From positions 1-32,967 of the IMG/VR virus record IMGVR_UViG_3300029309_000171: a stretch of 32,967 nucleotides of DNA; one strand, 5' to 3'. The DNA is from a virus. Lineage: Duplodnaviria; Caudoviricetes. How positions within the stretch are numbered: the first letter of the stretch is position 1; every line of letters begins with the position of its first letter. Position numbers and translations under genes: made by a program. The notes under the pieces are model-generated. The model worked only from the letters and a program-made list of their open reading frames with translations. It did no database searches and was not told the origin of the DNA. Below, one piece after another: positions 24,379 to 32,967 of the stretch.

Positions 24379-26020
24379 AATAAAACAAACTAGAGGACAA
24401 GTAAAAACAAAATGTCCTCAATGCCATCACATAAGAAAAAATAAATCCGACAGACCGCTTAGTGTTGACATTGATAATGGTCTTTACAATTGTCATAATT
24501 GTGGATTTTCTGGTAATGTCAAATTCAAAGAGAAAAAAGAATTTGTTAAACCTCCATCAGTGAAAGTTAATTTATCAGATAGGACCTTGCAGTATTTTAA
24601 AAAAAGAGGTATAAATGAATCAACGCTTAGTCATTGGAAAGTTGGCGAATCTACAGAATATTTTCCACAAGTAAACAAAAAACGTAAGGCAATTAATTTT
24701 AATTATTACTTAGACAATGAGTTAATTAATGTCAAATATAGAGACGGACAAAAGAATTTTAAATTAGTTAGTGGAGCAAAACTTATTTTTTATGGACTAG
24801 ATTCCATTAAAGATTCAAACAAAGTTTATGTTGTTGAGGGAGAAATGGATGCTCTAAGTTTACATGAGGCTGGAATTTATTCTGTTTGCTCAGTTCCAAA
24901 TGGAGCATCAAAAGGCAATCAAAGACTAGAATATTTGGACAACTGTTTTAAGTATTTTGAAAATAAAACAGAGATTATTTTATGTACTGATAACGATGAG
25001 GCTGGACTGAATTTAAGAAATGAGTTGGCTAGAAGATTTGGCAAACATAGATGTAAATATATTGACTTTGATTCTTATAAAGATGCCAATGAAGTTTTGA
25101 CAAATGACGGAGCCGAAAAATTAAGACAGATTTTAAAAGATGCAAAAGAATATCCACTTGAGGGAATTGTAAATTTTAATGACATCTGGGACAGTGTTCT
25201 AAATTACAATGAGAATGGACTTAAAAGTTATTCAATTGGTCTTGGTGATTCTGATGAGTGGATTAATATATCAATGGACCAATGGACCACAATAACAGGC
25301 ATTCCCAACAGTGGCAAATCAGACGTTGTGGACCAAATATGTTGTAATATGGCTTTAGAATATGATTTTAGGGTTGCAATGTACTCTCCAGAGTCTTATC
25401 CTTATGAGGGACATATAAAAAGATTAGCCAACAAACTAAACAAAACAAATTGCAACAATGACCTTTTAAATAAATCAAAAAACTTTATCGAAGAGCATTT
25501 CTTTTTTGTTAAGATTGATTTAGAAAATCTTACATTAAAAGGCATTTTAGATAGTTTTAAACAGCTTGTTTTTAGAAAAGGAGTTAATCTTTGCGTTATT
25601 GACCCTTATAATATGCTGGACCATTCAGCTCAAAGGGATGTTTCTTATGTTGGGAAAATACTCTCTGAGATAACTCAGTTTTGTCAACAAACAAACACCC
25701 ATTTATTTTTAGTGGCACATCCAAGAAAAATGGAGTTTATAAATAACCAGTATAGAGTTCCAAATCCTTATGATATTTCTGGCTCTTCAGATTTCTTTAA
25801 TAAAAGTTATAATTGTTTGACTGTATTTAGAAACTTAAATCAACCATGTCAGTATGGTTCTGATACTGTTTCAGTTCATGTCCAAAAGGTCAAAAGAAGA
25901 GAAAACGGAAAGCAAGGTGAGTTCATGATAGCTCCAAATTTCAAAGAGGGGGGGTACTATACAGGACTGGATAAAGACAAACAAAGACTACAAATAATAA
26001 AAGATAACACTCCGTTTTGA
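24347..26020 (+). CDS. Primase-helicase (T7 gp4 / Twinkle-like)
   Basis: CPQC...CHNC zinc finger; TOPRIM VVEGEMDALS...DND.AG...KDANE; Walker A GIPNSGKS; VIDPYN; LVAHPRK; DISGS. Confidence 0.93.
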   Translation: MINEFLNLGIEIKQTRGQVKTKCPQCHHIRKNKSDRPLSVDIDNGLYNCHNCGFSGNVKFKEKKEFVKPPSVKVNLSDRTLQYFKKRGINESTLSHWKVGESTEYFPQVNKKRKAINFNYYLDNELINVKYRDGQKNFKLVSGAKLIFYGLDSIKDSNKVYVVEGEMDALSLHEAGIYSVCSVPNGASKGNQRLEYLDNCFKYFENKTEIILCTDNDEAGLNLRNELARRFGKHRCKYIDFDSYKDANEVLTNDGAEKLRQILKDAKEYPLEGIVNFNDIWDSVLNYNENGLKSYSIGLGDSDEWINISMDQWTTITGIPNSGKSDVVDQICCNMALEYDFRVAMYSPESYPYEGHIKRLANKLNKTNCNNDLLNKSKNFIEEHFFFVKIDLENLTLKGILDSFKQLVFRKGVNLCVIDPYNMLDHSAQRDVSYVGKILSEITQFCQQTNTHLFLVAHPRKMEFINNQYRVPNPYDISGSSDFFNKSYNCLTVFRNLNQPCQYGSDTVSVHVQKVKRRENGKQGEFMIAPNFKEGGYYTGLDKDKQRLQIIKDNTPF

Positions 26021-26235
26021 TTTTTTGTCCAACTCCAGACCACTACAAAGCATTTAATTGGTGTATTAATAATGATATTTTTATCTATCCAATACCAACT
26101 GGTAAAAAATTTTATTTGATTGCAAAGATTAACGGAATTGAAAGGTCATCATTTAAAGAGTACACAAAGCAAGTATATCAAGAAAAAATCTGGAGATATT
26201 ATTTGTACCTTTATAAAAAATATAAAGATGTTTGA
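26017..26235 (+). CDS. Hypothetical protein, 72 aa
   Basis: TTG start overlapping the upstream stop. Confidence 0.6.
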   Translation: MIFCPTPDHYKAFNWCINNDIFIYPIPTGKKFYLIAKINGIERSSFKEYTKQVYQEKIWRYYLYLYKKYKDV

Positions 26236-26392
26236 GTTTCAATTTTTTCCAGTATATGGATGTGCTGTGGGGGTGAATTATTGGGACTCAACTATGGACG
26301 ATAATGAGATAAATAAAAACGATACACAGCACATGGTCCAATTTTTTGTTTTTATATTTGGACTTTCAATAATTTGGTATAAAGATTTATAA
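26228..26392 (+). CDS. Hypothetical protein, about 54 aa
   Basis: Start reassigned to MFEFQFF; TAATG overlap with the small terminase gene. Confidence 0.65.
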   Translation: MFEFQFFPVYGCAVGVNYWDSTMDDNEINKNDTQHMVQFFVFIFGLSIIWYKDL

Positions 26393-26751
26393 TGGCTTAC
26401 GATAAAAAACAACTAGAGAAAAAGGCTATAAAGGCTATTAAAGAGCATAAAATAATGTTTATACAGCATTTAGCTGCTCATTTGGGTATTTCTAGAAGCA
26501 CTTTTTATGACCTAAAACTGGACAAATCGGACACTATAAAAAAGGAGATTGAATCAATGCGTATATCCAGAAAAACAAAAATGTTATCTAAATGGATTGA
26601 TTCTGATGTTCCAACTTTACAAATAGCGGCAATGAAAATGATTTCAGATGATAACGAGGCTCATAGATTAAACGGTACAAGGCAAGAAATCAAGCATGAT
26701 GCATCATTAAAATCAACTCTTATTAAATGGAAACCAGCTCAAGAAGAGTAA
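26392..26751 (+). CDS. terS: Terminase small subunit
   Basis: HTH (LAAHLGISRSTFYD); immediately upstream of the large subunit. Confidence 0.75.
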   Translation: MAYDKKQLEKKAIKAIKEHKIMFIQHLAAHLGISRSTFYDLKLDKSDTIKKEIESMRISRKTKMLSKWIDSDVPTLQIAAMKMISDDNEAHRLNGTRQEIKHDASLKSTLIKWKPAQEE

Positions 26752-27908
26752 ACGAGCAACGCTGCAACAGGCAATTCTACGACTTAATCAACTCAGACTC
26801 AAGGTGGTTTGTCCATCAAGGTGGTGCAAGGTCTGGCAAGACTTACTCTATTTGTCAATATTTAATATATTTGATGACAACTAATGAAGAGCCTTTGGTA
26901 ATTGATATTATTAGAAAAACTCTACCAAGTTTAAAATCATCTGTTATGAGAGATTTTATTCAGATTGCTCAACAAACTGGAATTTATGATTATGGTGTAC
27001 ATAATAAAGCTGAAAATAATTTTACTTACAACAAGCATCTTGTTCGCTTTGTTTCTTTGGACCAGAGCCAAAAGATAAGAGGAGCATCAAGAGACTACGC
27101 TTTTTGCAATGAGGCAAACGAGCTGACAAGAGATGACATCACTCAAATCAGTTTAAGATGTCGTCAGAGGATAATTATTGATTTTAACCCTAGTGACCCA
27201 GTACATTGGATTTATAGTGATATAATACCTAGAGAGGATTGTAAGACGGTTATAACAACTTATAAAGACAATAAATTTTTGAATCAAGACATCATATCAG
27301 AGATTGAGAGAATGAAGGACCGAGACAAAGACCTATGGAATGTTTTTGGATTAGGACAAAAAGCTGTATTTACCAAAAGACAAATATTTAACAACTGGCA
27401 ATTTATAAACAGAAATGATTTCCCAGATGCTGATTACATTTATCTAGGAATAGATTTTGGATTCTCAAATGACCCATGTGCTATTGTAGAAGGCTACAAG
27501 GTCAATGGTAAAATATATCTCCACGAACTACTTTATAAAACAGGAATGACTAATCAAGACATTGCAGAATTCATAAAAAGCAAAGGACATCAAGACACGC
27601 TTTGTTATTATGATTCCGCAGAACCTAAGAGTGGAGAAGAGCTAAGACGGTTGGGGTTGCTTGTAAAGCCATCTATCAAAGGTCAAGGAAGTATTAACGC
27701 TGGTATATCTCTTATAAAAGAGTTTGACATTATTGTATCAAAAGAATCAACCAATTTTATAAAAGAATATCAATCCTATTGGTGGGAGGAACTCAAGGAC
27801 GGAACGATAATAAATAAGCCATTAGATAGATTTAATCACCTCATGGACTGCACACGATATTTAATATATTCAGCTTATTCAAGACGTTCAGAATTTTTTG
27901 TAATTTAA
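26727..27908 (+). CDS. terL: Terminase large subunit, PBSX/SPP1-like
   Basis: GGARSGKT, FCNEANE, DFNP, GIDFGFSNDP, DSAEP and NHLMD.TRY motifs. Confidence 0.93.
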   Translation: METSSRRVNEQRCNRQFYDLINSDSRWFVHQGGARSGKTYSICQYLIYLMTTNEEPLVIDIIRKTLPSLKSSVMRDFIQIAQQTGIYDYGVHNKAENNFTYNKHLVRFVSLDQSQKIRGASRDYAFCNEANELTRDDITQISLRCRQRIIIDFNPSDPVHWIYSDIIPREDCKTVITTYKDNKFLNQDIISEIERMKDRDKDLWNVFGLGQKAVFTKRQIFNNWQFINRNDFPDADYIYLGIDFGFSNDPCAIVEGYKVNGKIYLHELLYKTGMTNQDIAEFIKSKGHQDTLCYYDSAEPKSGEELRRLGLLVKPSIKGQGSINAGISLIKEFDIIVSKESTNFIKEYQSYWWEELKDGTIINKPLDRFNHLMDCTRYLIYSAYSRRSEFFVI

Positions 27909-27939
27909 TTACTATTTTTGTAAATAAAATAATTATTTA

Positions 27940-30213
27940 ATGGCATCATTTTTCGATAGATTCAAAAGTTTATTTAAGAATCAGACAACCAACATAGATT
28001 TTAATAAGGCGATTTATAACTTTTTAGGAGACACATTTATCGCATCAACAGAAAATGATGACAGTTACATTGACAAAGGTTATAGATTTAATGCAACTAT
28101 TTATTCAATAGTAAATTTAATTGTTAAGTGTGCCGCTAACATTCCTTTTTCAGTTTATGAAATACAAAACGAGAACGAATTAAAAAGATACAAAACACTT
28201 ACTTCTGGTGATTTTAACTCTAGCGTTTTACATAAATCTCAGATACTGCATAAAAAAGCATTGGTAGAATTAGAGGGAACAGAGCTTCATACTCTTTTAG
28301 AAAGACCTAATCCAGCTCAGTCTTACAATACATTTATACAAGAGCTGTTGGCTTTTGGACTGTTAACTGGTAACAGATACATTTACGGTATAACACCTCA
28401 GAGTGGACAAAATGCAACTAAGTTTAAAGAGCTTTATGTTTTACCGTCTCAAGTTATGCAAATACACAGTGGGGGTTTATTTAAACCAGTTGATTATTAT
28501 ACTTTAGAATATAATGGTCACCATCAATTACCAGTTGAAAATGTCTTACATATAGCTGACTTTAATCCTTACTATGACGGAACTGGTTCTCATCTCTATG
28601 GTATGAGTCCCCTTAAAGCTGGACTGAGAGTATTGGATGCCAATAACGAGGCTGTAACAACTGGGTTAAAATACTTACAGAATCAAATGGCAAGAGGAGT
28701 CTTGATGTCTGAGGAAGGTGATTTAAGTGAGGTCCAAGCAAGACAGTTAAAAGATAGATTTAAAAAACAATATCAAGGCTCTAAAAATGCTGGAGATGTA
28801 GTAATCACTCCTAAGAAACTCTCATGGATTAACTTTGGTCTTAGTGCCTCTGATTTAAATTTGATTGAACAATATAACGCTACAATCAAAGATTTATGTA
28901 ATATTTACCAAGTACCAGTCCAACTGTTAAACAACACAGACCACCAATCTTACAACAATCAAAAAGAGGCAAAGAAGTCTCTTTATGTAAATTCAATTAT
29001 CCCACAACTTATAAAAGTTAGAGAAGAGTTAAATAGATGGCTAACCCCAGCCTATGGAAACAATCTTTATATTGATTTCGATTTTACAGTCATTCCAGAA
29101 CTACAAGAGGAGATGGATAAAGTTGTTACTCAAATGTCGAGCAGCTGGTGGTTAACACCAAATGAAAAAAGAACAGCCATGAGTTATGGAGTTGATGAGG
29201 AGCAAACAGCAATGGATGACTATTATATCCCAGCTAACTTATTACCTCTGGCTAATGATATGGGAGTTGAGGACCCAAAACAATTGCATGACGATTTTTC
29301 AATTGCACTGAGAAAAAGACTAGTGCCAGGTTTTAGTGATGTGTTCACAACAATAAGAGAGGCAGAAGAGAGAGCTGTTCAATTAGGCGGTTCTGGTTAT
29401 CATGAACATTCTTTTGATGGTACCAGAGTTTTTATGCCTTTTAAAACTCATGAGGAATATGAGGCAGCCAAAGAAGGGCGATTGGATGAGTATTACGAAA
29501 GAGTAGAGAATTCGATTTATGATGACGAGGATGAGGATTCTAGAAAACCAGATATTGAGTATAAAGAGCCTAATATATCAGACAGAGTTAGAAACGCTTT
29601 AAAAGACAAAGTTGATGACCATAACGACAAGCATGGAGACGACCCAGATAAAAGAGTAACTCTTAGGATGCTTATAGCGGTATTTAGAAGAGGTATTGGA
29701 GCTTATAACACCAATCCTCAATCTGTTAGACCAAATGTTTCTAGTGCGGACCAGTGGGCTTATGCAAGAGTAAATAATTTCCTTAGGTCCATAAGAACAG
29801 GGAGATTTCGTTCTGGCAGACATGATACAGATTTGATTCCAGCTGGACATCCATTGAGTTCTAAAAAAAGTCATAAGGTTTACAATGATTATCCTCAAGG
29901 TGCAACCAACAACGCTAAAAGAGTTTTAGAGTGGGATGAGAAATATAAGCTCAGAGGTAAAATGGGAACTCCCAAAGGATGGTCCAGAGCAAAGCAATTA
30001 GCGTCAAGAGATACATTGTCTCAAGCTGATGTCAATTCAATATATAGCTTTTTAAAAAGACATGAGCAAAATGCAGAGATAGCTGAAGAGTTTAGAGGCA
30101 CTCCATACAAGGACAAAGGGTATGTCATGTATAATGCTTGGGGTGGTAAAGCATTATTATCTTACGTTGAACGATACAGAAGTGCCAACCATGATGAGGG
30201 AGATAGCGATTAA
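27940..30213 (+). CDS. HK97-family portal with a C-terminal extension of about 320 aa (three extra domains)
   Basis: L..PNP.Q, L.GN.Y, YG.SPL, G..NAG, ...Y.VP..LL and LTPNE.R motifs in aa 1-437; unrelated domains follow. Confidence 0.9.
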   Translation: MASFFDRFKSLFKNQTTNIDFNKAIYNFLGDTFIASTENDDSYIDKGYRFNATIYSIVNLIVKCAANIPFSVYEIQNENELKRYKTLTSGDFNSSVLHKSQILHKKALVELEGTELHTLLERPNPAQSYNTFIQELLAFGLLTGNRYIYGITPQSGQNATKFKELYVLPSQVMQIHSGGLFKPVDYYTLEYNGHHQLPVENVLHIADFNPYYDGTGSHLYGMSPLKAGLRVLDANNEAVTTGLKYLQNQMARGVLMSEEGDLSEVQARQLKDRFKKQYQGSKNAGDVVITPKKLSWINFGLSASDLNLIEQYNATIKDLCNIYQVPVQLLNNTDHQSYNNQKEAKKSLYVNSIIPQLIKVREELNRWLTPAYGNNLYIDFDFTVIPELQEEMDKVVTQMSSSWWLTPNEKRTAMSYGVDEEQTAMDDYYIPANLLPLANDMGVEDPKQLHDDFSIALRKRLVPGFSDVFTTIREAEERAVQLGGSGYHEHSFDGTRVFMPFKTHEEYEAAKEGRLDEYYERVENSIYDDEDEDSRKPDIEYKEPNISDRVRNALKDKVDDHNDKHGDDPDKRVTLRMLIAVFRRGIGAYNTNPQSVRPNVSSADQWAYARVNNFLRSIRTGRFRSGRHDTDLIPAGHPLSSKKSHKVYNDYPQGATNNAKRVLEWDEKYKLRGKMGTPKGWSRAKQLASRDTLSQADVNSIYSFLKRHEQNAEIAEEFRGTPYKDKGYVMYNAWGGKALLSYVERYRSANHDEGDSD

Positions 30214-31021
30214 AAGAGTAAAAGATAATTGGATTGATGAGTTCTCTAATTTACTGGATAAGGTCGAAAATAAAGAATTTAAAAAAGCATTATCATTTTA
30301 TAAAGAGAATTATTTTGAAGGCGTTAGTAGATTTTTGGTTGAATCTAAAACAACAGGATACGAGGACCTTTTTACAAATAATGGCTTTACTGCTATTTAT
30401 GTCGATACTTATAGAAATATTGGTACTTCTTTTGCTAACTGGTATGCTAAGAGCATTGGGTCTTTATTAAAACAGCAAGACGTTTCTGATTATAATGATA
30501 TTTGGGAGGCAACTTTTGCTGAAGAAGGTCGCAGAATAGCTGGTAATAGAGTTGAACTTGTTTCTGGAACTGCAAAAGAAACACTTAAAAAAGAGTTAAA
30601 AAGATTTATGCAAGACCCAGAGTTTATGGGGTCAGATGTCAGAACTAAAGCAAGAATCTTAAGGACCAGATTTAATCAATATTCTAACAGCCAAGCTCAA
30701 AGATTAGTAAGAACAGAGGCAACTAATGCAGCTAATTTAGGAACCATGAGAAGTGCTTTGGATATATATGGAGCTAATGAGTTACAAAAAGAATGGATTT
30801 CAGCAAACGATGAAAGAGTAAGAGATGGTCATAGAACAGCTGGAGATAAATTTTTAGGTAGTGGTAAACCATCAATTATTGATTTTGATGATAAATTTGA
30901 AGTAAATGGTGAATTTTTACATAGAGCTGGAGACCCAGCTGGTAGTCCAGCCAATGTGATTAATTGTAGATGTTCAATTGCACCATTTCCTAAAAAATCA
31001 GACCAATTAAATTATATTTAA
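30191..31021 (+). CDS. Minor head protein, MuF / SPP1 gp7 family
   Basis: RLVRTEAT.AAN, KEW....DERVR..H, F.VNG and INCRC motifs; start reassigned to MMREIA. Confidence 0.88.
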   Translation: MMREIAIKRVKDNWIDEFSNLLDKVENKEFKKALSFYKENYFEGVSRFLVESKTTGYEDLFTNNGFTAIYVDTYRNIGTSFANWYAKSIGSLLKQQDVSDYNDIWEATFAEEGRRIAGNRVELVSGTAKETLKKELKRFMQDPEFMGSDVRTKARILRTRFNQYSNSQAQRLVRTEATNAANLGTMRSALDIYGANELQKEWISANDERVRDGHRTAGDKFLGSGKPSIIDFDDKFEVNGEFLHRAGDPAGSPANVINCRCSIAPFPKKSDQLNYI

Positions 31022-31207
31022 ATGCTTATTAAAAGACTTTTAGAACAGTATTATCGTAATTACCCCAATGCTGATAATTTAGACCCTTTGATTTCTTTTG
31101 TTGGAGAGAGAGAGTTTATTGGAATTATGTTAGCAAGAATGAATAAAGAAATAAAATTAACTGTCTCAGAAGGTGATTCTAAAATGGTCAAATATGAATA
31201 TATTTAA
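31022..31207 (+). CDS. Hypothetical protein, 61 aa
   Basis: Fills the gap between MuF and the protease. Confidence 0.6.
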   Translation: MLIKRLLEQYYRNYPNADNLDPLISFVGEREFIGIMLARMNKEIKLTVSEGDSKMVKYEYI

Positions 31208-31225
31208 AATTTTTATCTTTGCAAT

Positions 31226-31921
31226 ATGAATGAGATAATTTACAAACAAAGTCCGATGGGCGAGTTAGTCGATATGGATAAAGAAATGGGTATCGTCAAA
31301 GGTTATGCGTCAACATTTGGGAACATAGATTCTGACAATGACATAATTAACAAAGGTGCTTATAAAAAAACCATTGCTGAAAATGGTCAAAGAATTAAAT
31401 ATATATACCAGCATAACATGGAAAAGCCCTTAGGCGTTATCAAAATGCTTGAGGAGGATAATAAAGGCTTAATGTTTGAGGCTCAAATAGCTAAAACAAC
31501 ATTAGGTAAAGATGTTATTGAATTAATGAAAGCTGGAGTATTAACAGAAAATTCAGTTGGTATTATGCCAATACAAAAAGAGATGGTTGATGGAGTCCGA
31601 CATATTAACGAGGTTAAGCTGTTTGAGATTTCAGCTGTTACTATGGCAGCTAATCCAGAGGCAATGATTTTAGATGTCAAAGGAAACATTAACCAAGAAA
31701 AAATTTTAAAAAGATATGACCGCTTAGCGAAGTTAATTCGTAAAGGCGAGATTAGTGACGACATGGGTTATGCCATTGAGTCAGAAATAATGAAACTTAA
31801 AACGCTTTTCAATAGTATAATCACTAAGCCGACAGAAATAGTCACTGAGCCGATTGAAGTAAAAGAGGAAAAAGATTCATCCGAAATATATAAATATTTG
31901 TTTAATCGCTTAAAAAATTAA
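31226..31921 (+). CDS. Prohead protease, HK97 family
   Basis: GYASTFGNID...D.I..GA, YQH....P.G, ED.KGL, SVG and L.EIS.VT..AN..A motifs. Confidence 0.92.
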   Translation: MNEIIYKQSPMGELVDMDKEMGIVKGYASTFGNIDSDNDIINKGAYKKTIAENGQRIKYIYQHNMEKPLGVIKMLEEDNKGLMFEAQIAKTTLGKDVIELMKAGVLTENSVGIMPIQKEMVDGVRHINEVKLFEISAVTMAANPEAMILDVKGNINQEKILKRYDRLAKLIRKGEISDDMGYAIESEIMKLKTLFNSIITKPTEIVTEPIEVKEEKDSSEIYKYLFNRLKN

Positions 31922-31924
31922 AAA

Positions 31925-32967
31925 ATGAGTGAAGATGTAAAAAATCAACTGGACCAAATTGGTGACTTAGTTGATGGTAAAATTGAAAAGGCTTTCAATG
32001 CTGCAAAAGACAACGCTAAAGGCGAAGTTGAGGAGTCATTGAAATCTGAAATTAAAAATCTAACTGAAAAATTTGTTGACTTAAACGACAGAATGGATAA
32101 GTCAGAGGTAAATGCTCAGAAGGATTTAGACAACAACACTGTTAAAAGTTTTAAAGGTGCATTAGGTAAAGCTCTTAAAGATGGAGCAATTGAATCTATT
32201 CAAAAAGGCAACAGCAATACTGCTAAATTTGAAATCAAAGCTGATATGACTATCGCTGCTGATTTCACTGGAGACGTTGCAAGAGTCCAAAGAATAGAGG
32301 ATATTAAATTTGACCCAGCTAGAGCTACCCATATACGTTCTTTAATTCCTAACGGTTCAACTGATTCTCAGATAGTGAGATTCCCTAAAGAGTCTGGTTA
32401 CAACGACAACGCTTCGACTAAGGCTGAGGGAGCTGCTCTTGACCAATCAGATTTTGATATAACTGCAACATCCATCCAAATGGAGAAGATTGGAACTACC
32501 ATGAGACTCACAGAGGAGATGTTAGACGATACACCCCAGATAACTTCTTATTTGTCTGCGAGAGTACCGAGCAAAGTTTTATCAATCGAAGACAACCAGA
32601 TATTAAATGGAAATGGTTCATCTCCTAACTTAGATGGATTATTTACTGACGGAGGTGCTTTTACAACAACCTCTTCAGCTGCATTTTATCAAGCTGTTGA
32701 GTCAGCAAATGAATTTGATGTTTTAGTTGCTGCTTTAAATCAGTTAGCTGGATTAAATTATCAAGCTGATTCTATATTACTACACCCAACAGATTTTCAT
32801 AAAATCGTATTGTTGAAATCAACTGCGAATGAATATCTAAAAGGTCAAGTAATGTCTGGATTACAACCAGCAATTTTAGGCGTACCAATTAGCATCAATA
32901 CCGCTGTTACAGCTGGTAAGTTTTTAGTTGGTCAGCTTTCAGTTGCAACTCAGCTATGGATAAGAGA
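31925..32967 (+). CDS. Major capsid protein, HK97 fold, N-terminal part (full protein about 400 aa, ending at 258)
   Basis: ATG at 31925, open to the window end; coiled-coil delta domain, AEGA, TEEML.D, EDNQILNG.G; in frame with 1..258. Confidence 0.93.
   Translation, partial: MSEDVKNQLDQIGDLVDGKIEKAFNAAKDNAKGEVEESLKSEIKNLTEKFVDLNDRMDKSEVNAQKDLDNNTVKSFKGALGKALKDGAIESIQKGNSNTAKFEIKADMTIAADFTGDVARVQRIEDIKFDPARATHIRSLIPNGSTDSQIVRFPKESGYNDNASTKAEGAALDQSDFDITATSIQMEKIGTTMRLTEEMLDDTPQITSYLSARVPSKVLSIEDNQILNGNGSSPNLDGLFTDGGAFTTTSSAAFYQAVESANEFDVLVAALNQLAGLNYQADSILLHPTDFHKIVLLKSTANEYLKGQVMSGLQPAILGVPISINTAVTAGKFLVGQLSVATQLWIR
32870..32967 (+). repeat. Terminal direct repeat, right copy
   Basis: 96/98 identity to 1-98. 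Confidence 0.95.

Larger units (their letters stand above)
1..32967. mobile_element. Complete, circularly permuted siphovirus-type phage genome (unit length about 32,869 bp), probable Bacteroidota host
   Basis: Terminal 98-bp overlap; full packaging, head, tail, lysis and replication gene set; no host genes; TAnnTTTG elements before genes. Confidence 0.9.

Noticed and set aside
30234-30470. Alternate-frame hydrophobic ORF inside MuF
   Set aside because: Short, with no coupling to neighbours or functional context; hydrophobic off-frames are expected in AT-rich DNA
30191-31207. MuF polymorphic toxin with a downstream immunity gene
   Set aside because: MuF ends about 15 aa after NCRC with no toxin domain, so nothing supports an immunity role for the 61-aa ORF
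1-32967. Alternative genetic code
   Set aside because: Standard-code translation gives intact, densely packed genes using TAA, TAG and TGA stops

Overview
This window is an apparently complete, circularly permuted genome of a tailed (siphovirus-type) phage, about 32.87 kb and AT-rich. Bases 1-98 recur at 32870-32967, and the contig breaks inside the major capsid gene. Modules in order: HK97-type capsid C-terminus; a leftward cluster of small accessory genes; a PD-(D/E)XK endonuclease; head-tail joining genes; a lysis cassette (M15 peptidase and membrane proteins); fibre/adhesin genes, including a multi-LamG protein; major tail protein; a -1 frameshifting tail chaperone; tape measure; tail-tip proteins; a divergent control region; a replication block (DUF3127-type SSB, RecE-like exonuclease, DnaA-domain-IV/VRR-NUC fusion, HTH initiator with internal origin, T7 gp4/Twinkle-like primase-helicase); terminase; extended portal; MuF; prohead protease; capsid. 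I recognised no integrase, repressor, DNA polymerase, methyltransferase, tRNA or CRISPR array. TAnnTTTG promoter elements and A-rich starts without Shine-Dalgarno sites point to a Bacteroidota host (inference). Most notable: (1) a portal with three extra C-terminal domains and a candidate prohead-protease site shared with the capsid and protease; (2) four LamG domains nested inside a split fifth; (3) a 65-bp leader repeated before all three leftward gene units; (4) a DnaA-IV/nuclease fusion; (5) a membrane-protein ORF overlapping the endolysin; (6) a type-1 copper motif in a fibre; (7) apparent total absence of GATC. Family assignments come from motifs recognised by eye, not from database searches.
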